Part shown: piece after piece, positions 56,415 to 64,000 of the stretch
How positions within the stretch are numbered: the stretch's first letter is position 1
Layout: each line of letters begins with the position of its first letter
Assembly (NCBI GenBank): GCA_041660505.1
Contig: JBAZWG010000002.1
Coordinates: 868-64,867 of the forward strand
Direction: 5' to 3'
Origin: Minisyncoccota bacterium
Lineage (GTDB): Bacteria; Patescibacteriota; Minisyncoccia; Phycocordibacterales; JACRKE01
Length of the DNA: 64,000 nt
The notes under the pieces: generated by a model
Database searches by the model: none
Told to the model about the DNA's origin: nothing
What the model saw: only the letters and a program-made list of their open reading frames with translations
Program-made: the position numbers and the translations under genes

Positions 56415-57857
56415 CTACTTAATAATCATATTTTCTTTTAAAGCAGCGGTGTCAGTTTGGATTTTTTCTTGAGTAGTCCGCGTATCAACCTGTGACGTCT
56501 GCGCCGGCACGTATATCGGCTTCAATCGGGTTTGGGATAGTATTGCTTCCACCTGCGCCTTTAGTGCGTCAATCTGACTTCTTAGAGAAGCCTTCGTTTC
56601 ATCATCGGTGGCAATATTCAACTGTGCCATTAAAGCATCGATTTTCGCCGAGACGGGAACTATTTGCAATTGTCCTTTCAGTGCAGTGATTTGTGCCGGC
56701 AAATGAGCCTGTGCTACGACGTCGGTAGTAGTGTCTAGTTGATTCTGTAGTTTATTAATTTCCGCCTGTATATTCGCCATTTTTTCTTGGGTGGTTAGAT
56801 ATCCGTTACCTACTGAGTTGGTTGATGTTTTATTTGCCGGATTATTTATACCGCTTGGTTCTGCTTGACCGTATCCTCCACCTGTCGTTACTGCTGGTGT
56901 AGTTCTGACTTGAGTGTTAATAACTTGCCCCGGCACAATGCTAAACGTCCCGTCGCTGGAGTCGCCAATATAAGAAATCGCATTACAATACGAGACTGAA
57001 CCTTCGACGTAGATTGTTATTTTATAATTATCGCCCGCGGGGAGTATTTGATTAAGTCTATAAGTATAACTCTCCGGATTTGTGGTAACTCCTATCAATT
57101 GACTGCTGTTTGGCGTTGTTTTAGTCGTTGGCTGATCGTGTCCTTTTTCCAAGTAAATCAGCAAGGCTTTATTGCCGGCAACATTTTCCGCAGAATATTT
57201 TATAGTCTGGAATTCGCCCATTTGCCATACTTCCCCGCCGTTTGGAGAAAGAACTTTAATGACAGTCGAAGTGAATTGAGGCTGAACGGTCGTCGGAGCT
57301 TTACATGGTGTGGCTGGCGTGGTCGTTACGGATCGAGTTGTGGGAGGCGTCGGTGCCCCCGATACTAGATAAGGGACTTCCGATGTGTCCGGCGCGGCCG
57401 TCGTTTGACCGCCGGGCTGGGCAATAATTACCGGCGTTGTCGATACCGGAGGAATAGCGGTGGCAAGTACGTTTAATTTCTCTTGCGTTTTCGGGCCCAC
57501 AATTCCGATAGACTCGATGCCGTTTTGAGCCTGGAATTTTTTAACCGCCGCGGCTGTACGCGGACCGTAATATCCGTTCACCGTGCCATCAGGGTAAGCG
57601 CCGGTATAATTTTTAAGAAACTCTTGCAACTGTTTTACATCATCGCCGGTAGTCCCCTGCGTTAGAACTCTGCTGAACTTGAGTTCCATTTTGACAGTTT
57701 GCACTTCTGTTTTGAGGTCTGCTATCTGGGCCTGGAGCGATTGTATCTGCGTCTGCAGTTTTTTAATCAAAACCTGCAAATCAGCCGTCGGGTCAACTGT
57801 CTGTGCGAATGAAACTAACGGCAGTGCGAAGGCAAGCAAAAATAAATATTTTTTCAT
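56415..57857 (-). CDS. Secreted protein with PG_binding_1 domain, Ig-like domain and coiled coils
   Basis: Signal peptide, GDDVKQLQEFL...GYYGPRTAAAVKKFQ, VLSPNGGE...DSSDGTFSI. Confidence 0.82.
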   Translation of the reverse strand: MKKYLFLLAFALPLVSFAQTVDPTADLQVLIKKLQTQIQSLQAQIADLKTEVQTVKMELKFSRVLTQGTTGDDVKQLQEFLKNYTGAYPDGTVNGYYGPRTAAAVKKFQAQNGIESIGIVGPKTQEKLNVLATAIPPVSTTPVIIAQPGGQTTAAPDTSEVPYLVSGAPTPPTTRSVTTTPATPCKAPTTVQPQFTSTVIKVLSPNGGEVWQMGEFQTIKYSAENVAGNKALLIYLEKGHDQPTTKTTPNSSQLIGVTTNPESYTYRLNQILPAGDNYKITIYVEGSVSYCNAISYIGDSSDGTFSIVPGQVINTQVRTTPAVTTGGGYGQAEPSGINNPANKTSTNSVGNGYLTTQEKMANIQAEINKLQNQLDTTTDVVAQAHLPAQITALKGQLQIVPVSAKIDALMAQLNIATDDETKASLRSQIDALKAQVEAILSQTRLKPIYVPAQTSQVDTRTTQEKIQTDTAALKENMIIK

Positions 57858-57864
57858 ATATTTT

Positions 57865-59241
57865 TTAAAGAACATATTTTAAGATGAAATAGACAATCGC
57901 CAATGCGAGAGGGACGCCGATGAGTGCCGCGACGGCATCTCCTTGCGCAGATGCCGGCGCACCGGTAGTAAGATTAACATTTATATATCGATCTTCTCTG
58001 CGCGGTCTCATTTTAACAGTGATCTTCTTGCCCGTTTCGGCCGACTTAATCACAAGCTCAACCTCTGAATTCTTTTTGTTAGCTAAGACATCCTGGAAAT
58101 ATGGGTCTTTTGCACGATAACGCGCTGGATCGCCCGTATAAGAGCGATTGTAGACTGGCCAATTGCCGACATTTTTACCATTGATCTTCAGAATAAAATC
58201 GCCCGGGTTTATACCATTTTCTGCCGCAACGGAATGCGGCTCGACATGATTGATTAAACGCCAGTCTTTTGGTCCAAATCCGAGCCCCAGGCCACTATAG
58301 CGCGAACGACAGACACGACGCTTCGGAGACTTGTCTGACTTCTCAGGGAACTCTCCTATTAACTCTGCGAGCATAACGGGCGCAATTCCGCGAATATCCG
58401 GGTCAAGCCCTTCATTATCCGCTTCGCCCATCCAAATCATCGGCGGGATTTCAAGCTTTTTACCGCTTGCCAACTTGGCGTGATTCAAAAAATTAAGCCT
58501 AATATTACTGTAAAAGGTGGTGGTGGTGTAACCCGGCGTAGTGCGCGAGCTTGTTATAGGCACGGCGGAAGTCATCCCTCCCCAGCTATCGCCGAGCGTG
58601 ACAATATTCCAGTCGTACTTTACTTCTGTGCTGGTGATTGTCGTCGGTGGGGTATATTGCTCTTTTTTGCCACTAAAGAAATCCATACTGATGACGGTCT
58701 GCGGATTCTTTTTCGCACGTGTCATCCCTTGCGACAACAATATTTTTTCCAAATCTCGAAAGAGCTCTTTTTCGAGCAACGGGTTTGTCTTGTTAGTATA
58801 ATCGAAGTCGAAGGTCTTGTAGTCGGCCAAGGGCTCATCGGTATCGCGATAAGTCCGAACATTGATTTCTTCCATCGGGAAGGCAACGGGGAAAAGGTCT
58901 TCGTTGTTGTTATTGTAACCCGCCGCGTGTTCCCCTATCGTGTCCACAATATTGGCTTCAGAAATCCATGAGGTTGCAGCCACTGCCTTCTTTCGTTTCG
59001 CCTTTCCAACCAGTAACCCGAACAAAACACCCAGTACCAGATAAAACACGGGTGTCATCCATAATGCAATGGTGAACAAGCTTGATGTATCAGGGCTAAT
59101 TATCGCCACTATAAATACAACCGGGTAAAGTAATACTGCTAATAAATCAACAGAATACCCGGAGAAAAAAAGAGTTGGGTAAATCAATCCTATTATCAAT
59201 CCAATCATCCCCCACTTCTTCCAACTCTTCCAATTTTTCAT
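57865..59241 (-). CDS. Membrane protein with DUF4136-like and PDZ domains
   Basis: N-terminal TMs, YKTFDF...IWMGEA, GLGLGF...GINPGDFILKING PDZ, C-terminal TM. Confidence 0.6.
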   Translation of the reverse strand: MKNWKSWKKWGMIGLIIGLIYPTLFFSGYSVDLLAVLLYPVVFIVAIISPDTSSLFTIALWMTPVFYLVLGVLFGLLVGKAKRKKAVAATSWISEANIVDTIGEHAAGYNNNNEDLFPVAFPMEEINVRTYRDTDEPLADYKTFDFDYTNKTNPLLEKELFRDLEKILLSQGMTRAKKNPQTVISMDFFSGKKEQYTPPTTITSTEVKYDWNIVTLGDSWGGMTSAVPITSSRTTPGYTTTTFYSNIRLNFLNHAKLASGKKLEIPPMIWMGEADNEGLDPDIRGIAPVMLAELIGEFPEKSDKSPKRRVCRSRYSGLGLGFGPKDWRLINHVEPHSVAAENGINPGDFILKINGKNVGNWPVYNRSYTGDPARYRAKDPYFQDVLANKKNSEVELVIKSAETGKKITVKMRPRREDRYINVNLTTGAPASAQGDAVAALIGVPLALAIVYFILKYVL

Positions 59242-59245
59242 AAAA

Positions 59246-59731
59246 TTAATTTTTAATTATTTGTTTGAGTTTTGTCGAAAAGTCATTCACACCTTTATTG
59301 CTGGACGAGTTGGCGCAGTTGTAATTGCCTACATCCAGAAGAACGTTATCGTTTCTTGAGACTTCTACCGATTGATTCGACCCGCCCGTGCAGCCGCCTA
59401 GGTCTTTTTCTGTCTTGCTTATAAGCATCGCCTTGCCGACAACTTGTTTGAATTGGTCTTCTGTAACTATCACGTCCTGCTTCTTTGTAACATTCCCCTT
59501 ATAATCGTTCACTGTCAGCTCTCCGACTGCTCCGCCGTTAGCAGGAAAAGATAAAGTCAAAATATTTTTAGTGTAATAGGGCGGTGGCACAGAGCCGTTA
59601 TCTTCTGTATATACGAGCTTCACGTTGCGAAAGTCGCCGAGATCAACCGGAGGAGTTACTTTCTTGTCAGCGAATAAAACGTAGCCTAATATGACCAACA
59701 CGGCGATAAGGAGAATGTATTTACTTTTCAT
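59246..59731 (-). CDS. Membrane-anchored hypothetical protein
   Basis: N-terminal TM, GSVPPPYY, GCTGG; TGCTATAAT seven nt upstream. Confidence 0.65.
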   Translation of the reverse strand: MKSKYILLIAVLVILGYVLFADKKVTPPVDLGDFRNVKLVYTEDNGSVPPPYYTKNILTLSFPANGGAVGELTVNDYKGNVTKKQDVIVTEDQFKQVVGKAMLISKTEKDLGGCTGGSNQSVEVSRNDNVLLDVGNYNCANSSSNKGVNDFSTKLKQIIKN

Positions 59732-59827
59732 ATATTACATTATAGCACTTATTCTCTTTAATTTTCTAGCTCCTTTTTGTAGTAATTTCGCATTTTTATT
59801 AGTTAGCACTTTTTTGCCGATTTTAGC

Positions 59828-60586
59828 CTAGATTTGTTTGCGCGCATTGCCGGCGATGCTACCGCCTTCATTCGCCACCGCCTTATTCTCGTCTAAATTT
59901 TTCGGTTCGCGCTTTCCGGAGATTTCTGTCGTTGCCGTTTCTGCGAGCATATTCAAGACCAGTTCCAGATTGGTCATATTGTCCCGCAGATTTTCTTTCT
60001 TTAAATCTTTGAATTTTTTGTATTCTCTCGTGGTCATGCCGGTCCAAGCCTTTGAGATTTCGTCAGTCAAAATAGCGAATTCCAATCCTTCTTTGACACC
60101 GCGCTTTTCCCATTCATCGGTCAATGCTTTGCGAATTTCAATACTTTTTAGTCTCTGGTTCACCCACTCTGGGCTGTATCCTTTTTGTAAATATGTTTTA
60201 AGCGCACGATTAATAGTAAGCTCTGGGTCAGCAGTCTCTTCGAGCCGTTCATACCCTACCTGTGCGAGCCAAAGCTTAAATGGCTCTGCGTTAGGAGAAG
60301 GAATTGACTGGATAAGCCTAAGTATTGTTTCTGTGTCGGCCGCGTCGGTTTCTCTTTGCTTTCCGTCCTCTGCTAACATTTTCAACCGGTGACATTTTGT
60401 CACCACTTCACTTCCTTCTTCTTTTAATCGCTGTGCCAGTTTATTCCAATACTTTCTAGGGTCGGTACTCCCGGCCAACACTCTCACAACATCAACCACG
60501 GAAAAATACCAAAGCTCGTTATCTTCGTCCCAATGTCGACGTATTTGTGCTCCTTCGAAAATAGCGACTGCTTTATTCCTTTTCAT
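59828..60586 (-). CDS. BRO-N family protein, second paralogue, truncated by a premature TAG
   Basis: WYFSVVDVV, IQSIPSPNAEPFKLWLA, LRDNMTNLELVLNMLAE; homology continues past the stop and the frame stays open to 59735. Confidence 0.8.
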   Translation of the reverse strand: MKRNKAVAIFEGAQIRRHWDEDNELWYFSVVDVVRVLAGSTDPRKYWNKLAQRLKEEGSEVVTKCHRLKMLAEDGKQRETDAADTETILRLIQSIPSPNAEPFKLWLAQVGYERLEETADPELTINRALKTYLQKGYSPEWVNQRLKSIEIRKALTDEWEKRGVKEGLEFAILTDEISKAWTGMTTREYKKFKDLKKENLRDNMTNLELVLNMLAETATTEISGKREPKNLDENKAVANEGGSIAGNARKQI

Positions 60587-60610
60587 TCCAATTGGATTGT
60601 TCTGCGTTAT

Positions 60611-61006
60611 CTACTTGACCGCTTCGCCGAAGGCCTCGTCTGCGACGTCTTTGTCTGCGTCGGCTTTGGTCACATGAATCTTTCCGTCTATGTGATTTGG
60701 CGGGGCATAAACTGTGTAGATTTTGAGATCGCTAGTGCCTGTGTTAAAGAAATTATGCTTCGTGCCCGGTGTCACCACTACAACATCGCCGGCTCGAATC
60801 GGACTTTCTTTATCGTTTAACACCGCTTTGCCTGTTCCGCTTAAAAAGAATAGGGTTTGCTCGACGTTCTTATGCGTCTCCTCGCCCAATTCTCCGCCGG
60901 CCGGGATGTTCATCACGACAAGCTGGCTGCGCGCGCCGGTGAACAACACTTTTCTGAAATACGTATTCTTTTCCGTCTCGGCGACAATGTTCGTTATATA
61001 TGGCAT
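60611..61006 (-). CDS. Cupin domain protein (mannose-6-phosphate isomerase-like)
   Basis: FRKVLFTG, GEETH, GTKHNF, LKIYTVYAPPNH. Confidence 0.88.
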   Translation of the reverse strand: MPYITNIVAETEKNTYFRKVLFTGARSQLVVMNIPAGGELGEETHKNVEQTLFFLSGTGKAVLNDKESPIRAGDVVVVTPGTKHNFFNTGTSDLKIYTVYAPPNHIDGKIHVTKADADKDVADEAFGEAVK

Positions 61007-61031
61007 ATGTAAATATTGTAGCACATTCAGA

Positions 61032-62033
61032 CTAGTAATATTTATCTATCTGCTTTTTGTGCTCGGCGTAAGTCTTACTGCAATGAAAATTGCCTTTTTT
61101 GTCGTTGAAGTAGAAAAGGCAATCGGTCTTGATGGGGTTAAGCGCGGCGAGGATTGAGGCGACAGACGGATTGGCAATCGGCGCCGGCGGGAGGCCGGAA
61201 TTTTGGTAAGTGTTATAGGGCGACTTGATATATTTGTCTCTTGGATAGACCGTCGGCCACCAGTTACTCACCGATTTGTTATTAGCCTTGGCATATTGGA
61301 GCGTTGCGTCTACCTGCAAATTCATATCAGCGAATATTCTGTTCCACATAATACCGGACAAGAGCCTCATGCCGTCTGTCGTGATAGTCTCACGCTGGAT
61401 GAGCGATGCGATAGTGAGAGCCTCGTTCAAAGGCACGACCGCTTGTGTTGATGTACTATAATGAGCGAGCACGTCGGCAGAAAATCTCTCGTTTACCAAT
61501 TTCTGCGCATCTTCCGGCGCCATACCTTTCGCCACCGCATAAAGACCGGGCGCGAATGAACCTTCTGTAAGCGGTAAAGACGCGCCGGTTAGTGGTGTCA
61601 GAAACTTCTGCTTTTGCTTGCTTGTCCAGCCAAGCGTCTTGGCAAAGGCTGTCGCCACCTGCTCTTTGCGCATGCCGGGCGTTATGGTCACGAATCGTTC
61701 AGTAACGTTTGCCAGGTTTTGATACCAAGGCAGGTCGGCAAGACTCGTAGCAAGCCAAACAAAAATATCTTGAATAACACCGCCGACACTGGCGACAGAA
61801 GCGCCGAAGAGCGAATGTTCGTCGGCAAGGAAGGCATTGACCTGTTCGTTCTCTGAAATAATCTCGCGCTTCGGATCAACAGTCACAGGAAATTCCTGGG
61901 TCATTTTAGAAACGGCCTGTTGTTGTTCATATTGGAGCGACCAAGTTAATATTCTGGGGAGCGAAAGAAAGAAGACAATAAAAAGAATCGGTATGAGTAT
62001 GAGAAGAAGCTTTTTCCGGCTAAGCCATTGCAT
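61032..62033 (-). CDS. mltG: Endolytic transglycosylase MltG/YceG-like
   Basis: TPGMRKEQ, IASLIQRE, LQVDATLQY, SPYNTY...GLPPAPIANP. Confidence 0.82.
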   Translation of the reverse strand: MQWLSRKKLLLILIPILFIVFFLSLPRILTWSLQYEQQQAVSKMTQEFPVTVDPKREIISENEQVNAFLADEHSLFGASVASVGGVIQDIFVWLATSLADLPWYQNLANVTERFVTITPGMRKEQVATAFAKTLGWTSKQKQKFLTPLTGASLPLTEGSFAPGLYAVAKGMAPEDAQKLVNERFSADVLAHYSTSTQAVVPLNEALTIASLIQRETITTDGMRLLSGIMWNRIFADMNLQVDATLQYAKANNKSVSNWWPTVYPRDKYIKSPYNTYQNSGLPPAPIANPSVASILAALNPIKTDCLFYFNDKKGNFHCSKTYAEHKKQIDKYY

Positions 62034-62130
62034 GAGTTCATTCTAACAAAAAACAGGCTCGATGCGAAGCTGACGTTTTCCACTGTCTCCAGTTGGTGCT
62101 CTATACGAGCCGTGTTACAATATTGTTCAT

Positions 62131-62406
62131 ATGGAAATTGTAACAATTGTGTTCACTGTAGTAATAGCCCTACTGTCATTCTGGATTCTCTTCAAGCTCA
62201 AGGGTTACGGCGGAGTAATCGGCCGGTCATTAAACAGCATCGGCTACGGCACGGTCGTCCTCGGCTTCTCGCAAGTCCTTGAGTCAGCCGTCCCCGACTC
62301 TTTTGGTATCGACCCGGAGACTATCCACATGTCTCACCATTTCATCTTTATCGTTGGTCTGACCATGGTCGCCTGGGGCTTCAAGAATTTGATGGATAAA
62401 AGATAG
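62131..62406 (+). CDS. Small three-TM hypothetical protein
   Basis: 91 aa hydrophobic ORF, TGTTACAAT upstream. Confidence 0.65.
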   Translation: MEIVTIVFTVVIALLSFWILFKLKGYGGVIGRSLNSIGYGTVVLGFSQVLESAVPDSFGIDPETIHMSHHFIFIVGLTMVAWGFKNLMDKR

Positions 62407-62440
62407 GCTTTTTATACATCTTTTTTTGAATGCAAAACAC

Positions 62441-63772
62441 ATGAAAAAATATCTAGCTTCGCTCGGCGTATTTATTTTTCTCTCTGTTGTTTTAAGTTCT
62501 GCCACGGCCATCAATCCGCCCCCCTCCGCCGACTACACAGGCGCGGTTACGAATGCAACAAACACACAAAAAAAGAGCCAGAAGGCACTGACGTCGGCAT
62601 ATGCGTCACTTAACAAAGAAATAGAAGAAGGGCTGACCCATCCGGGGGTATCGCCGTCGTGGCGCAACATGATTCAGAAGAAGCTTGAACTCTTGCGGAA
62701 GCAAGGTTTGGATGCAAAAAGAGTATCCGCCCTCAAGTCTAAAATAGACAAGCTTAGCGTGGGCGGAGCCTCCGATGCGCAGGTGCTTGCCGCTCAAGGA
62801 GCGGCGTGCAACGCGTCAACCACGCCAATCTTCACCCATGCGTTTACCGACCTCGAGAAAGTCAATGCGCTCAACCCTATCGGCGGCATCGGCGGAGGCT
62901 CGCCGGGTAGGAGCTATATCGGCGTTAAGGATGGCATGGAGGCTCCGATCTATGCGCCCATGGACGCGACGCTCCGCACCATCGTGTACGCAGACCGCGG
63001 CGCTGGATACGGCGAGTATGGGCTCATCTTCGAGGCGGGGTGCGGGCTCCAATTCATGTTCGATCACATTGACCGCATTTCTGACCGGCTTATGGCCTAC
63101 GCCCCCAAGACGGCAGCAGCTTCTTCGCAAGTTCAAGACGGCAAACGTTACTCCATCGCTATTCGCGCCGGAGAGCTCCTCGGCTACACGAACGGCACCG
63201 ACCTCGCGCACACCTTTGACTTTTTGGTTATGAATTTTGCGAAGAAAAATAATTTTCTTAATCCCAAGCGCTGGGAATGGGAACAGGCCGTATACGCCAC
63301 CTGCCAATACGATTACTTTACTACTGACTTGCGTTCGGCATATTACGCCAAGCTCGGCCGGCCGAGTGAAGCCGGCATCATAATACAAGCGCGGTCGTGT
63401 GGCAATCCTTCGCACGATGTTGCAGATACCATTTCCGGCGGATGGTTCAAGGTCGGGAGCAGCGACATACGCGGCGAATATCTGGCAATCGCCCGCGAAT
63501 ACGACGGCGCGCAAGTTGCCTATCGCAAAGACGGCCTCGCCTTCGCAAGCACAGAGAATGTGCAGGCCGGCATCCCCTACTTCCGCCTGACAGACCCGTC
63601 GCCGAGGAAATTCCCCGCCGATGTCAAAGTCGGAGAGGAAATCTGCTACAGCGACCGTCAGAACTGGTCATTCATCAAACTTGTCTCAACAACAGAACTT
63701 GCCCTCATTCGTGGAACAGGCGCATGCCCCGCCACCTTCCCGGAAGAGAAAGTGGAAACCTGGCTCCGCTAG
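62441..63772 (+). CDS. Secreted hypothetical protein with M23-like (duplicated hybrid) fold
   Basis: Signal peptide, PIYAPMDA, FDHI, IRAGELLGY; canonical M23 HxxxD/HxH motifs not evident. Confidence 0.65.
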   Translation: MKKYLASLGVFIFLSVVLSSATAINPPPSADYTGAVTNATNTQKKSQKALTSAYASLNKEIEEGLTHPGVSPSWRNMIQKKLELLRKQGLDAKRVSALKSKIDKLSVGGASDAQVLAAQGAACNASTTPIFTHAFTDLEKVNALNPIGGIGGGSPGRSYIGVKDGMEAPIYAPMDATLRTIVYADRGAGYGEYGLIFEAGCGLQFMFDHIDRISDRLMAYAPKTAAASSQVQDGKRYSIAIRAGELLGYTNGTDLAHTFDFLVMNFAKKNNFLNPKRWEWEQAVYATCQYDYFTTDLRSAYYAKLGRPSEAGIIIQARSCGNPSHDVADTISGGWFKVGSSDIRGEYLAIAREYDGAQVAYRKDGLAFASTENVQAGIPYFRLTDPSPRKFPADVKVGEEICYSDRQNWSFIKLVSTTELALIRGTGACPATFPEEKVETWLR

Positions 63773-64000
63773 TTGAGCCACTTGAACCCCCTCGGCTCAT
63801 GGCGAGTAAAAAGTAATCGGTTTATCAGAATTTGCAATGTGCATTTTTTGCATATTGCTTTTTTGAACTATCCGGAAATCCCGAATAGTTGCTTTTCTCT
63901 CCAATTCCTTATACCACAGCGAGCCAAATGGTGGGAATTGACTCGCTCCGAGTCTAAAGCGCCTGATATTCGGCGCGCTCGTCCGGGCCAACTTGCTGCA

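Noticed and set aside
59828-59830. Stop-codon reassignment (TAG or TGA recoding)
   Set aside because: TAG and TGA terminate many conserved genes at expected lengths (mraY, rpmA, recR; cysS, rsmH, mraZ), so this is a single lesion
63797-64000. 64-aa minus-strand ORF at the window end
   Set aside because: No recognisable features; a different frame (QQVGPDERAEYQAL*, ending 63954) may be the tail of a gene outside the window, but too little is visible to call

Overview
Bacterial chromosomal segment read in standard code 11, most consistent with a Patescibacteria/CPR (Parcubacteria-like) genome. This is inferred from the compact gene packing, archaeal-type non-discriminating AspRS, short ProRS, two MreB paralogues, degenerate PriA, multicopy Cys-rich proteins and giant GxVGIGTT-repeat surface protein. 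It is mostly housekeeping: aspS, scpA/B, a split dcw cluster, mreBC-mrdA, dnaB, recR, cysS, proS, lysS, frr, def/fmt, r-proteins and tRNA-Glu. An accessory block at 35.4-47.8 kb holds a RAYT/Y1 HUH transposase flanked by its own palindromes, a triple-LamG protein and a 3162-aa modular adhesin-like gene. Most notable: (1) the giant gene has GC-rich junctions conserved at nucleotide level (one 31-bp exact duplicate) between AT-richer domain cassettes, suggesting recombinational module shuffling; (2) several families of REP-like palindromes and 7-nt tandem arrays sit in-frame inside core genes (rseP, holB-like, priA, def, fmt), and one shares its core with the palindromes flanking the RAYT; (3) an ATP-grasp ligase occupies the murD slot between mraY and ftsW; (4) leaderless promoter architecture is pervasive; (5) two small membrane ORFs are missing from the ORF track and one BRO paralogue has a nonsense mutation. 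All calls come from manual motif recognition; no searches were run.
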